64,000 nucleotides of DNA from an uncultured Prevotellaceae bacterium. GTDB lineage: Bacteria; Bacteroidota; Bacteroidia; Bacteroidales; UBA3663. Below are positions 34,743 through 42,932 of this stretch, piece after piece. Position 1 is the first letter of the stretch. Each line of letters begins with the position of its first letter. Both the position numbers and the translations under genes were made by a program. Location of the stretch: the NCBI GenBank assembly GCA_964567855.1, contig CAZMOE010000008.1:4921-68920 (forward strand). Direction: 5' to 3'. Under the pieces are notes generated by a model that saw only the letters and a list, made by a program, of their open reading frames with translations, made no database searches and was not told where the DNA came from.

Positions 34743-36809
34743 TCATTTAAAATAATCACACCACTTCAAATAATACATCAGCGCAAAATCCTGATCATTG
34801 GCCATTGGATCGAGAAAGCCTGCCGTCTGCCCGTTGACACGGGTCGGATATATCCAGGCGCATCCGCCACGTCCCTCTTCCGTAAAAAGGCAAAGATTGC
34901 CTTCGAGAATGGTACGCGCACGCTCCATATAACTCCTGTCGCCGGTACAAAGACTGTAGTTAGCGTAACAATCGGCCGTAATGCAACTCCAATAATGAGG
35001 CATGGTATCTCCCCAATAACGATGCTTGCCGAACCAAAAGCCGTCCCAATGGCGAATGGCGATATTGTTGAGATGATAACTGGGCTGATTCCCTCCAAAG
35101 GCCTCGACAACAGGCAACAGACGGCGGGCAGCATCCAAATAGCGTTGTTCGCCGGTCACAAGATACATTTCACAAATAAAGTCAACCGAGGGAGCGACAA
35201 TACTCTGCTCATAGTTCACTTCAAACTTAGGATAGTTCACTCCGTTGGCAATATAAACATCGGCCGCTTTGCGATATTCGCCCAACAGCGTATCGGCCTC
35301 GGCGGTCATCCCATTTTTACGTAGCAACTCCAGACTTTGAACGACGGGCACGTCAATGGTGTAAAATCCGTAGCCGCCTGCACGATAGGCCGCCATCTGG
35401 GTGCGGTAGCCATCCGTCAGGTATTGCTTGTTACCGGTCGCCATGAAGGTTTCAAAATAAAAATGAGCGACCCAAGGATAGTTATAGATACGATGCTTGG
35501 ATTTTCTATCCCATTCGGACCAAGTTTTATAATCCGGATCCTGTATTGCAGTACGTACAAAGCGAGCGTACTTAACCAACGCGTCGCGCAAACGACGATC
35601 CTTTGTGCGCCAGCATTGTTTCGCCAGAAAAATCCCCATTCCGACACGCTCTCTACCCTCACTCAAATCGCTGCGTTTATTGCCTTTCATCCAGTTGAGA
35701 TAAAGTGTTCCGGTTTCATTGTCATAAGGAAGCAATGCGCCGTCTCTCGGATCACCGGGACAATCATATTGTTGATGTGAAACGATAAAATCGGCGCGGC
35801 GGGCTATAAGATCATTGACATTACATGTTCCCAACAATTCTATACGGGTTCCCATGCCATCGGCATATCTACATTCGACACCGATATGGCCTATACGGTC
35901 CACTTTATAGTCCGCGGTCAGCATTCCGTCACGATAAACGGTCTTGATGGCTCTTCCGTCCACATAAAAACGACCGTTCATTAGCCGGGCACAGGCTTCG
36001 GCAGTTCGGGCATCTGCTCGCAGCCGAACTTTATCTCCAGCCTCGGCGACATAACGATCGGCCCCGGCGACAATACCGCCATAGGCGAGCAGTTTTGCAT
36101 AGAAGTCCTGCTCGCCGGCATGAGCAAACAACCGCCATTCAATGGTATCACTCTCTCCAGGAGCCAAACGGCGATCCGAAGGAGCAAGACAAATGATACC
36201 GCGGGTATTGGACATTCCTTTCCGGCTGTCCCGTTCTTTAATGACATATCCGTCCAGACTGCCACGGGTAAGCATCAACCCCAGATGAGGAGCAGCTCCG
36301 CCCATACGCAAAGCATACACATAAGCGGCATTTCCCCCGGCCCAAATATGAGCATGACAACGATGGGAAACGCACGTGGCGGCATCCGGATAGTTATCGT
36401 TGAAAGGGGTATTGATTTCCATCTCATTTAAAAAAATACTCTTGGAAGAGATGTTCTTAAAAATATACTGTTCCACAAGATCATCCCCGTGACAGAATCT
36501 CGCAACATTCAATTCGACACGACCGTCGATATGATATACACTACCCGTCCGACCGACACGGTCAGCCACCGTCCAGGCAACAGTTTTTTCATTATCCAAA
36601 CGGACGCTTCCTAAGCCCCAGCCCCATTCCCGACCGATCCATTCATATTGACGGCCATCGGGACTGACAATCCAATTCATGCCGGACGGGTCTCCGTCAA
36701 TGGTTATTCGGGTAATTCCGCCGGTTTCGGGTGCCACGTCCATTCGAACCTTCTGTGCGTAAAGTGAAACTGCGGTTATCGATATCAGAAATAAAATAAT
36801 TTTTTTCAT
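34743..36809 (-). CDS. secreted protein of unknown function (N-terminal beta-rich half + C-terminal helical, W/Y-rich half; candidate carbohydrate-active enzyme)
   Basis: Start trimmed to MKKIILFLISITAVSLYAQ (ATG 36807-36809). 688 aa. It is wedged between GH78 (10-nt gap) and the GH106-like gene (71-nt gap). I cannot place it in a named family by eye. Confidence 0.6.
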   Translation of the reverse strand: MKKIILFLISITAVSLYAQKVRMDVAPETGGITRITIDGDPSGMNWIVSPDGRQYEWIGREWGWGLGSVRLDNEKTVAWTVADRVGRTGSVYHIDGRVELNVARFCHGDDLVEQYIFKNISSKSIFLNEMEINTPFNDNYPDAATCVSHRCHAHIWAGGNAAYVYALRMGGAAPHLGLMLTRGSLDGYVIKERDSRKGMSNTRGIICLAPSDRRLAPGESDTIEWRLFAHAGEQDFYAKLLAYGGIVAGADRYVAEAGDKVRLRADARTAEACARLMNGRFYVDGRAIKTVYRDGMLTADYKVDRIGHIGVECRYADGMGTRIELLGTCNVNDLIARRADFIVSHQQYDCPGDPRDGALLPYDNETGTLYLNWMKGNKRSDLSEGRERVGMGIFLAKQCWRTKDRRLRDALVKYARFVRTAIQDPDYKTWSEWDRKSKHRIYNYPWVAHFYFETFMATGNKQYLTDGYRTQMAAYRAGGYGFYTIDVPVVQSLELLRKNGMTAEADTLLGEYRKAADVYIANGVNYPKFEVNYEQSIVAPSVDFICEMYLVTGEQRYLDAARRLLPVVEAFGGNQPSYHLNNIAIRHWDGFWFGKHRYWGDTMPHYWSCITADCYANYSLCTGDRSYMERARTILEGNLCLFTEEGRGGCAWIYPTRVNGQTAGFLDPMANDQDFALMYYLKWCDYFK

Positions 36810-36880
36810 CAGAAGTAAGTTTTGAATTAAATAATAGTTCCGCCCCAGACGAAAGCCGGGCTTCAACCAGAGATAAACGC

Positions 36881-39800
36881 TCAATGGTTACCGGAACACC
36901 GGCCACCGGTCTCCGCCACAATCCAGAAGGCCGCGGTCAGGCCAGAAGGCAACAACGCATCATCCGGATGCACAACGGAAGGATAAGCATAAGTGACACG
37001 CCCGGTTTCCGAAAGCGAGCAATCATAAATCATTCTGTTGACCAATGAATTGGCCACATGAATCTCTACTTTATTCATGCCGGGAACCAGAAAATCGGTC
37101 ACGTCGACCATTTCCGGAGAACACCAGACGACACCGGCGTCGCAGCCGTTTATATATACATGCGCACCGAAACAAGATGTTTCCAATCCTAAATACATCC
37201 GCCCATGAATGGTGTCGACCGTTACCTCTTTCCGATAAACCGCAGTGCCGGAATAATAGCGTACTGAGGGATCGGTATGTGTCGTCCAATCGATAAGGCT
37301 ATCGAACAGAATTTCGCCGGCTCCTCCTGCCCGTTCATCAAAACAGACGCTCCAGGCCCCGTCTATAGGAATGCGGGAGCTCCCTGCCGCAGGCCGTTCA
37401 AAGGCGGGAAGAGAATCATTCCGATCGGAAATAACGATGAAAGAAGATTCCCGAGGATGGAAATCGAGATCCAAGGTGACGGAACGGCCGTCGGCCCGGA
37501 TAACAGGCAAAGCAAATCGTTCTCCGGTCACGCTATTCCACCATTGCGCATAACGGCCCGCCGCTTGAAAAGTAAACCGGTTGTGTTCGGCTGTATCTTT
37601 GTGATTGTCGATAAAGAAAACATCCGCATCACTAAGCCGGCGACGGGAGAAATAAAGCCGGTTGCTGTGCGTATCACCAACAGCCAGAGAAACATCGGCG
37701 GATATACCCGCACAAGCGACAACCTCAGACAGCGGCATCCCCCAATATACCCTTCCGCGACCATATTTTTTGTAGCCGGCCGGAGTATTGTCCCACATGG
37801 CGTCCACCAATGCCCGGTAAGCCGCATCCTGCCCCACATCGGCCGCCGATCCGGAACCGATAGGACGTCCGCCATACACTTTGGCACCTTTTTCTACCAA
37901 ACGGGCCATGGCCTGCAATGCCTTGAACGTAATATCGCCATTGCGAGGCAAAACCATAAGCTCATATTGCACTCCGTCGGGCAGAACAATCCTACCGTCG
38001 GAAACATCCATACGCGAAACCAACGCGTCGGTGGTGAACGCATCGAAATCGAAACCTCCGGGAATTTCCGGCAAGCGATAAGTCAGGATCTTGACCGGAG
38101 CATTTTCTCCCAAATAAATGCAAAGCTGCGCGGCCGGTTTTCCCTGACGCAGAACATAGGCATTACGCGCCTGATAATCCCAGAACGGACGGCTGTAAGG
38201 CCAAAACGTATTATTGCGATGAATGCAGTAATGCCGCCCGCCGCCGGTATTGCCAGGATAACGATCTGCCGCCCAAGGCTGATAGGCAGATGCACAGACA
38301 ACGAACTCATTGATGCCGTAGGCATAGGCATAATCGGCCAATTGTTTCAGATCGGACAGCGATGCGGAGAATTTCGCATCGGTATAGGCCTCGGCCGAAG
38401 CAACGGTCTTACCGTAAAGATGCGCGGCGGAGGCACTCTCCTTGATATCGTAATTACCCTCGGGATGGATGGCCCAAAATTCACCTTGCGGCTTGTCAAC
38501 CTTACTCTTGGCAAGAATAGGATCGCCTGGGATACAGAGTGCATTGCCGATGGCCTGGGCCGTAAATGTCAGACCCCGGTCATGGCAGAGACGACTGATA
38601 GTTCCGTAATAATTGTCGGCCATCAGATCGGCAATATTACGGCGAACGTCGAAAAGAATCCGCTCGGAGAGAGCCGTGCTATCGACCACATACCCCATCA
38701 TCACCGGCAGATAAGGAATAAGATCATATCCACGCCTTGCTTCAAATTCCCCGGCGAAGCTATCCGTCCAATTCTGCGATCCGGCCTCGTGGCTATCCAT
38801 CGCGACACCGACCAGACAACCGCTTTTGCTGACCAAAAGCGAATCATGAATACGCGCCACATAATTTTTCCATTGGACTTCGGCTGCCTGACGGGATAAC
38901 TTGTCGCATTCCAGCCCCATCAGGTTCCTGCGACCGTGTTTGATTTTCTTACCGGTCGGGACTGCGTAAAAGCGCATGATTTTCCACCGGCCAGCAGGTA
39001 CCTCCCAGCGGAGCATTCCTATTGTATCCATCCGGTCGGTCAGGTTCACGATGTCGCGCGATGCTATCACTTCGCCGGCAACATATCCCGGTTGTCGGCA
39101 CGGTTCTATATATTCGGCATGCAGACCCACTTTTTCCTCCCACTGGTCTACCCGCGCCGAAGAATGCAATACAACCCTGCCCAATTGCAATGCCGTATTG
39201 GAGATACTGTCATGCCACCAGTCGTGAAGATTCAGCCGGTAACAGGCGGCTGTTTCTGCATCGAAAGCAATGGTTTTTACATTAATTCCGCCATGAGCTG
39301 TGTAGATGGGACGGAGATCGCAGACCTTTCTGTAATTCACACCGTCGTCAGAGGCCTCTAAGCTTCCAGGCGAAGGCAATTCAAAGAAACCGGTTCCCAC
39401 AAATGTATCGGAAGGCGGACCCGGAACATTCGTTGCGCTGGTAGTCGCCTTACCACGGGGTTTCATCTCATAAGAAACGGCCCGGGCTGTGAACGGCCGG
39501 TCAAAATCAAGATTCACATAAATATTACCATGACGCAAAGAGGCCTCTTTCTGCAACACAGCAACGGCACCCTCCTCCCCCAATATGCGGGTAAGATCCT
39601 TTATTTCTCCGGCATTGGTCGAGACACAGATTTTCCGGCAGGAAAAATCCTCATCCGATTCGCCGACAGGGAAAGCCAGCACCGCTATATCCTTATAATA
39701 TCCGAGGTTGGCACGAGGTGCCGGCAACATTCCGGCAAATTCCCGGCCGCCGGCCACAATAAGTTCCTCCGCCTGGAGCCGCTTCATAGCGAGGGCCGGA

Positions 39801-40216
39801 GTAATCCAGGGGCCGCCGGCAACAAAACCGTTGGAAACATGCACCTCGAAGCTCAGCCCCAGCCGCTCGGCCTCTTCTGCCGAAAAACGCAGCATCTGCC
39901 ACCACTCATCGCAAAAGGCGGGAAAGGCATGTTCCATTTTGCCATGTGTCTGGTCATAATAAACAACCCCTCCGACACCGGCACTCCTGAAAGCCTCCAG
40001 ATCGGCGGTAATCCCTTCACGCGTGGTCTCAGTCTCTCCATGAAACCACCAGACTTTGGTACGGGTACTGTCCTGCGGATGTTCAAAACCGTATAAGGCC
40101 TCCTCGAAACCGGCATCCCTCCCGGAGCGGCGGGAATCACAGGACGAAAAGAGAAGCAGACACAGCCACACTGCGGCAAAAAGCATCTTGAAGATAATAC
40201 GGGGTATATTTCTCAT
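36881..40216 (-). CDS. large glycoside hydrolase lipoprotein, GH106-like alpha-L-rhamnosidase (tentative)
   Basis: 1111 aa. Lipobox LLFSSC. The N-terminal block [37 protein letters not shown] and the C-terminal galactose-binding-like block [14 protein letters not shown]...[10 protein letters not shown] resemble what I recall of Glyco_hydro_106 proteins. The family call is unverified. Confidence 0.55.
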   Translation of the reverse strand: MRNIPRIIFKMLFAAVWLCLLLFSSCDSRRSGRDAGFEEALYGFEHPQDSTRTKVWWFHGETETTREGITADLEAFRSAGVGGVVYYDQTHGKMEHAFPAFCDEWWQMLRFSAEEAERLGLSFEVHVSNGFVAGGPWITPALAMKRLQAEELIVAGGREFAGMLPAPRANLGYYKDIAVLAFPVGESDEDFSCRKICVSTNAGEIKDLTRILGEEGAVAVLQKEASLRHGNIYVNLDFDRPFTARAVSYEMKPRGKATTSATNVPGPPSDTFVGTGFFELPSPGSLEASDDGVNYRKVCDLRPIYTAHGGINVKTIAFDAETAACYRLNLHDWWHDSISNTALQLGRVVLHSSARVDQWEEKVGLHAEYIEPCRQPGYVAGEVIASRDIVNLTDRMDTIGMLRWEVPAGRWKIMRFYAVPTGKKIKHGRRNLMGLECDKLSRQAAEVQWKNYVARIHDSLLVSKSGCLVGVAMDSHEAGSQNWTDSFAGEFEARRGYDLIPYLPVMMGYVVDSTALSERILFDVRRNIADLMADNYYGTISRLCHDRGLTFTAQAIGNALCIPGDPILAKSKVDKPQGEFWAIHPEGNYDIKESASAAHLYGKTVASAEAYTDAKFSASLSDLKQLADYAYAYGINEFVVCASAYQPWAADRYPGNTGGGRHYCIHRNNTFWPYSRPFWDYQARNAYVLRQGKPAAQLCIYLGENAPVKILTYRLPEIPGGFDFDAFTTDALVSRMDVSDGRIVLPDGVQYELMVLPRNGDITFKALQAMARLVEKGAKVYGGRPIGSGSAADVGQDAAYRALVDAMWDNTPAGYKKYGRGRVYWGMPLSEVVACAGISADVSLAVGDTHSNRLYFSRRRLSDADVFFIDNHKDTAEHNRFTFQAAGRYAQWWNSVTGERFALPVIRADGRSVTLDLDFHPRESSFIVISDRNDSLPAFERPAAGSSRIPIDGAWSVCFDERAGGAGEILFDSLIDWTTHTDPSVRYYSGTAVYRKEVTVDTIHGRMYLGLETSCFGAHVYINGCDAGVVWCSPEMVDVTDFLVPGMNKVEIHVANSLVNRMIYDCSLSETGRVTYAYPSVVHPDDALLPSGLTAAFWIVAETGGRCSGNH

Positions 40217-40290
40217 AAGAACAATAATATTTTCAATCGTTTAATATGTAGAAGGCGAAGATATCCGACCCTGGAAAATATATAAGGCAA

Positions 40291-40298
40291 CAAATATA
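40291..40298 (-). promoter_or_regulatory. sigma-A -7 motif (TAtaTTTG) for the GH106-unknown-GH78-GH28 unit
   Basis: The plus strand reads caaatata, 75 nt upstream of ATG 40216. Confidence 0.4.
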
Positions 40299-40391
40299 CG
40301 TATTTTTCGATAAACAGAGGGATTTCCGGCGTCAATCTCCAAAGCAGCGTAGCCGTTACAGATGGATAACGCCGGAATCCCCCCACCGTCA

Positions 40392-42818
40392 TCAATGATT
40401 TGCCTGAGAAGTGGTCTTCAATTTCAACACACGCCCCTTCATGCCATCGCAAGAGACCCGAATCTGAACCTCACCGGCCTCATGAGTGGCCCGTAAAACA
40501 GCGAGGGCAAAGCCTCTATGTAGCTGTCCGGTCGTTCCGGCAAAAGTTTCACCGGTATAATGATCGTCATTATCGAGTGCCACGAGGCGGGCAGCACCAC
40601 TCACGTCGACGGTAACCGTTCCCGTGGCCGTGGGGACGGCATTCCCTTTGTTGTCAACGGCAAAAATTTTTATGTATTGAAGATCCATACCGTCGGCGGT
40701 CCATCCGGCCGGACTTTCGGCTACCAATTGAATGGCAGAGGCCCTTCCCGTAGTGCGTAATTCATGACGTGCTACCTCTGTGCCCCCTGTGCGGGCGATG
40801 GCAACGATCCTCCCACCATTATCATACGGCACGTCATGCCAGTAAATCATGTTACGCTTGCGGATATCGCTCCGGTCATTTTTCCGGGTACCCATCGACT
40901 GGCCGTTGACCCACAGCTCGACCTCGTCGGCGTTGGTAAAGGTGAAAAGCTGCTGCACGGAACCGGTGGTACGGTTCCAATGAGACGACAAACGCAATCC
41001 GCCGACGGTGACATCGTTCCAGTCGACATTCTCGGCGGCTTCGTCGACCACGCCGATACGAACTACAGGTTCTGCGGAAAACGCGCTTTTCAGGAGATAG
41101 GCCTGCGGGTAAGGCTGAAGCGCATGGCTGAAAAATGAATAATTCCAACCTTTCTTCGGCCAGCCGTTCGATTCGCCCCAGTATTCGATCGCACCCCAAT
41201 AGGCCAGTCCCACCATACGGTCGCGATCCATACCGAAATAAGGAGCCAACAATTCATTGGAGGTAGCCTCACTCTGATAAACGATCAGGTCCGGCTTATA
41301 CTCGAGGTATTTCGGATAGGCTTCGAACTGGTAATTGTAGCTCGCAATATCGGTGACAAGGGAAAGTTCCGGCGGAGTGAAATTACCGTTAAAACCTCGG
41401 TCTTTACGGTTGATCGCTCCGGCACGGGCGGGATACATGGCCACGGTAGTTTTGCGAGTCGGATCATAGCGTTTGAGCAGGGTATCGAAAATCCGATAGG
41501 TCGTCACGCCCCAGTCTCCGGTCGGATAGCCCGCCAGATCTTCCCGCATCTGCAACTCGTTACCCAGACTCCAAAGAATGACCGATGGATGATTTCTATC
41601 GCGCTTCACCCACTCCGTTATCAGCTCCGGCCACATCTGCATAAACGGTCTGCGGCCACCCCAATAGGATTCATCGCTCCATTTATCGACCAATTCGTCA
41701 ACCACCAGGATTCCATATCTGTCGGCCAGGGCATAAAAGGTTTCAGAATAGGGATTATGAGAACAGCGGATATGGTTGAATCCGAAAGCCTTCATCTGCC
41801 TGAATTGCCGCTCGATGGATCGCTCAAAGGCCGCGACTCCCATGGCTCCGAGGTCCTGATGATTGGCAATACCTTGCAGAAAAATTTTCTCGCCATTGAG
41901 TTTAAGACCGAATTTCGGTGAATATTCTACCGAACGGATACCGAACGTTTCAGTTATCCGGTCTATCTCCCGTCCCTGATGCACCAGCCGGACCTCGGCG
42001 GTATAAAGATTCGGTGCATCGCATGACCACAACTGCGGAGTTGCCACCACAGCCGCAGGTAGGGGCATTTCGATGTTTTTTAACTTCGTTCTCGTGACGG
42101 CGGGAACACTCGTTTCTGCCACCGGACTTCCATCGGGCGCGAAAATACGGGCTTCAATGCCGACATCGCCCCGTTTATGGCGCAATCCTTCCACTTCGAC
42201 CTGAATACAAACCTCTGCCTGCCGGGAACTGACCGTTGGGGTCGTGATGAAAACTCCATGGCGGGCAATCGCGGTAGAATCTTTCACGACCAGATGGACA
42301 TTCCTGTACAAACCGCCCCCGGTGTACCAACGCGATCCTCCCTTTTTGCCAGTCGAGGCACATACGGCCACGACATTGTCACCCTCAAAATCCAACAGCG
42401 AAGTGATATCCACCTCCATGCCGAGATAACCGTAATCGGTACTGGCCACTTTCTGCCCGTTCACCCAGACATCCCCGAGTAGCATAATACCTTCAAAGTC
42501 CAGCAAGACCCGTCCGCCCTGCCATGAGGAATCGGCTTTAAAGGTTTTGCGATACCAGCCTTTTCCCATAGCCTTAAAGCCTCTGGCCCCGCCGGCAGAT
42601 TCCGTCCACGGCTGTTCGATCTGAAAGTCATGGGGCAAATCCAGCATGCGCCAGCCGGCGTCATCATAGTCTCTTGCGAAAGCATGTTCCGCGTCGCCGG
42701 CATGAAACTTCCAGTCGAAATTAAATAACTGAACCGAACGAGAGCGAGCGGCTGTTGCCTGCACCATCATCCAGAAAGCGACAAGCATCCACGACATTAT
42801 AAACGACTTCTTTGTCAT
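40392..42818 (-). CDS. glycoside hydrolase family 2 (beta-galactosidase/beta-glucuronidase-type)
   Basis: Signal peptide present. GH2 blocks FNFDWKFHAGD...DDAGWRMLDLPHDF, NHIRCSHNPYSETFYALADRYGILVVDE and NHPSVILWSLGNE. Confidence 0.9.
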   Translation of the reverse strand: MTKKSFIMSWMLVAFWMMVQATAARSRSVQLFNFDWKFHAGDAEHAFARDYDDAGWRMLDLPHDFQIEQPWTESAGGARGFKAMGKGWYRKTFKADSSWQGGRVLLDFEGIMLLGDVWVNGQKVASTDYGYLGMEVDITSLLDFEGDNVVAVCASTGKKGGSRWYTGGGLYRNVHLVVKDSTAIARHGVFITTPTVSSRQAEVCIQVEVEGLRHKRGDVGIEARIFAPDGSPVAETSVPAVTRTKLKNIEMPLPAAVVATPQLWSCDAPNLYTAEVRLVHQGREIDRITETFGIRSVEYSPKFGLKLNGEKIFLQGIANHQDLGAMGVAAFERSIERQFRQMKAFGFNHIRCSHNPYSETFYALADRYGILVVDELVDKWSDESYWGGRRPFMQMWPELITEWVKRDRNHPSVILWSLGNELQMREDLAGYPTGDWGVTTYRIFDTLLKRYDPTRKTTVAMYPARAGAINRKDRGFNGNFTPPELSLVTDIASYNYQFEAYPKYLEYKPDLIVYQSEATSNELLAPYFGMDRDRMVGLAYWGAIEYWGESNGWPKKGWNYSFFSHALQPYPQAYLLKSAFSAEPVVRIGVVDEAAENVDWNDVTVGGLRLSSHWNRTTGSVQQLFTFTNADEVELWVNGQSMGTRKNDRSDIRKRNMIYWHDVPYDNGGRIVAIARTGGTEVARHELRTTGRASAIQLVAESPAGWTADGMDLQYIKIFAVDNKGNAVPTATGTVTVDVSGAARLVALDNDDHYTGETFAGTTGQLHRGFALAVLRATHEAGEVQIRVSCDGMKGRVLKLKTTSQANH

Positions 42819-42844
42819 GATATTTATATTTTATTTTGCGTGGA

Positions 42845-42852
42845 CAAAAGTA
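42845..42852 (-). promoter_or_regulatory. sigma-A -7 motif (TActTTTG) for the GH2 gene
   Basis: The plus strand reads caaaagta, 27 nt upstream of ATG 42818. Confidence 0.45.
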
Positions 42853-42888
42853 GGCAATAGAGTAAGGAGCTCCGGCAAAGTATTCACA

Positions 42889-42920
42889 AAAGAGGTCGAA
42901 AAGTGATTTTTCGACCTCTT
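42889..42920 (-). terminator. terminator of the propeller/AraC regulator gene
   Basis: aaagaggtcgaaaa gtga ttttcgacctcttt: perfect 14-bp stem, 4-nt loop, 13 nt after the stop at 42933. Confidence 0.65.
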
Positions 42921-42932
42921 TGTGGCAATTTT

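Noticed and set aside
37277-38899. 540-aa ORF antisense to the GH106-like gene. It is the longest of many such ORFs, e.g. 33380-34150 and 34160-35324 opposite GH78 and the unknown gene.
   Set aside because: Same shadow-ORF pattern. It is Arg/Gly/Ile/Pro-rich with no recognisable domain, while the sense-strand gene has clear family blocks and a lipoprotein signal.
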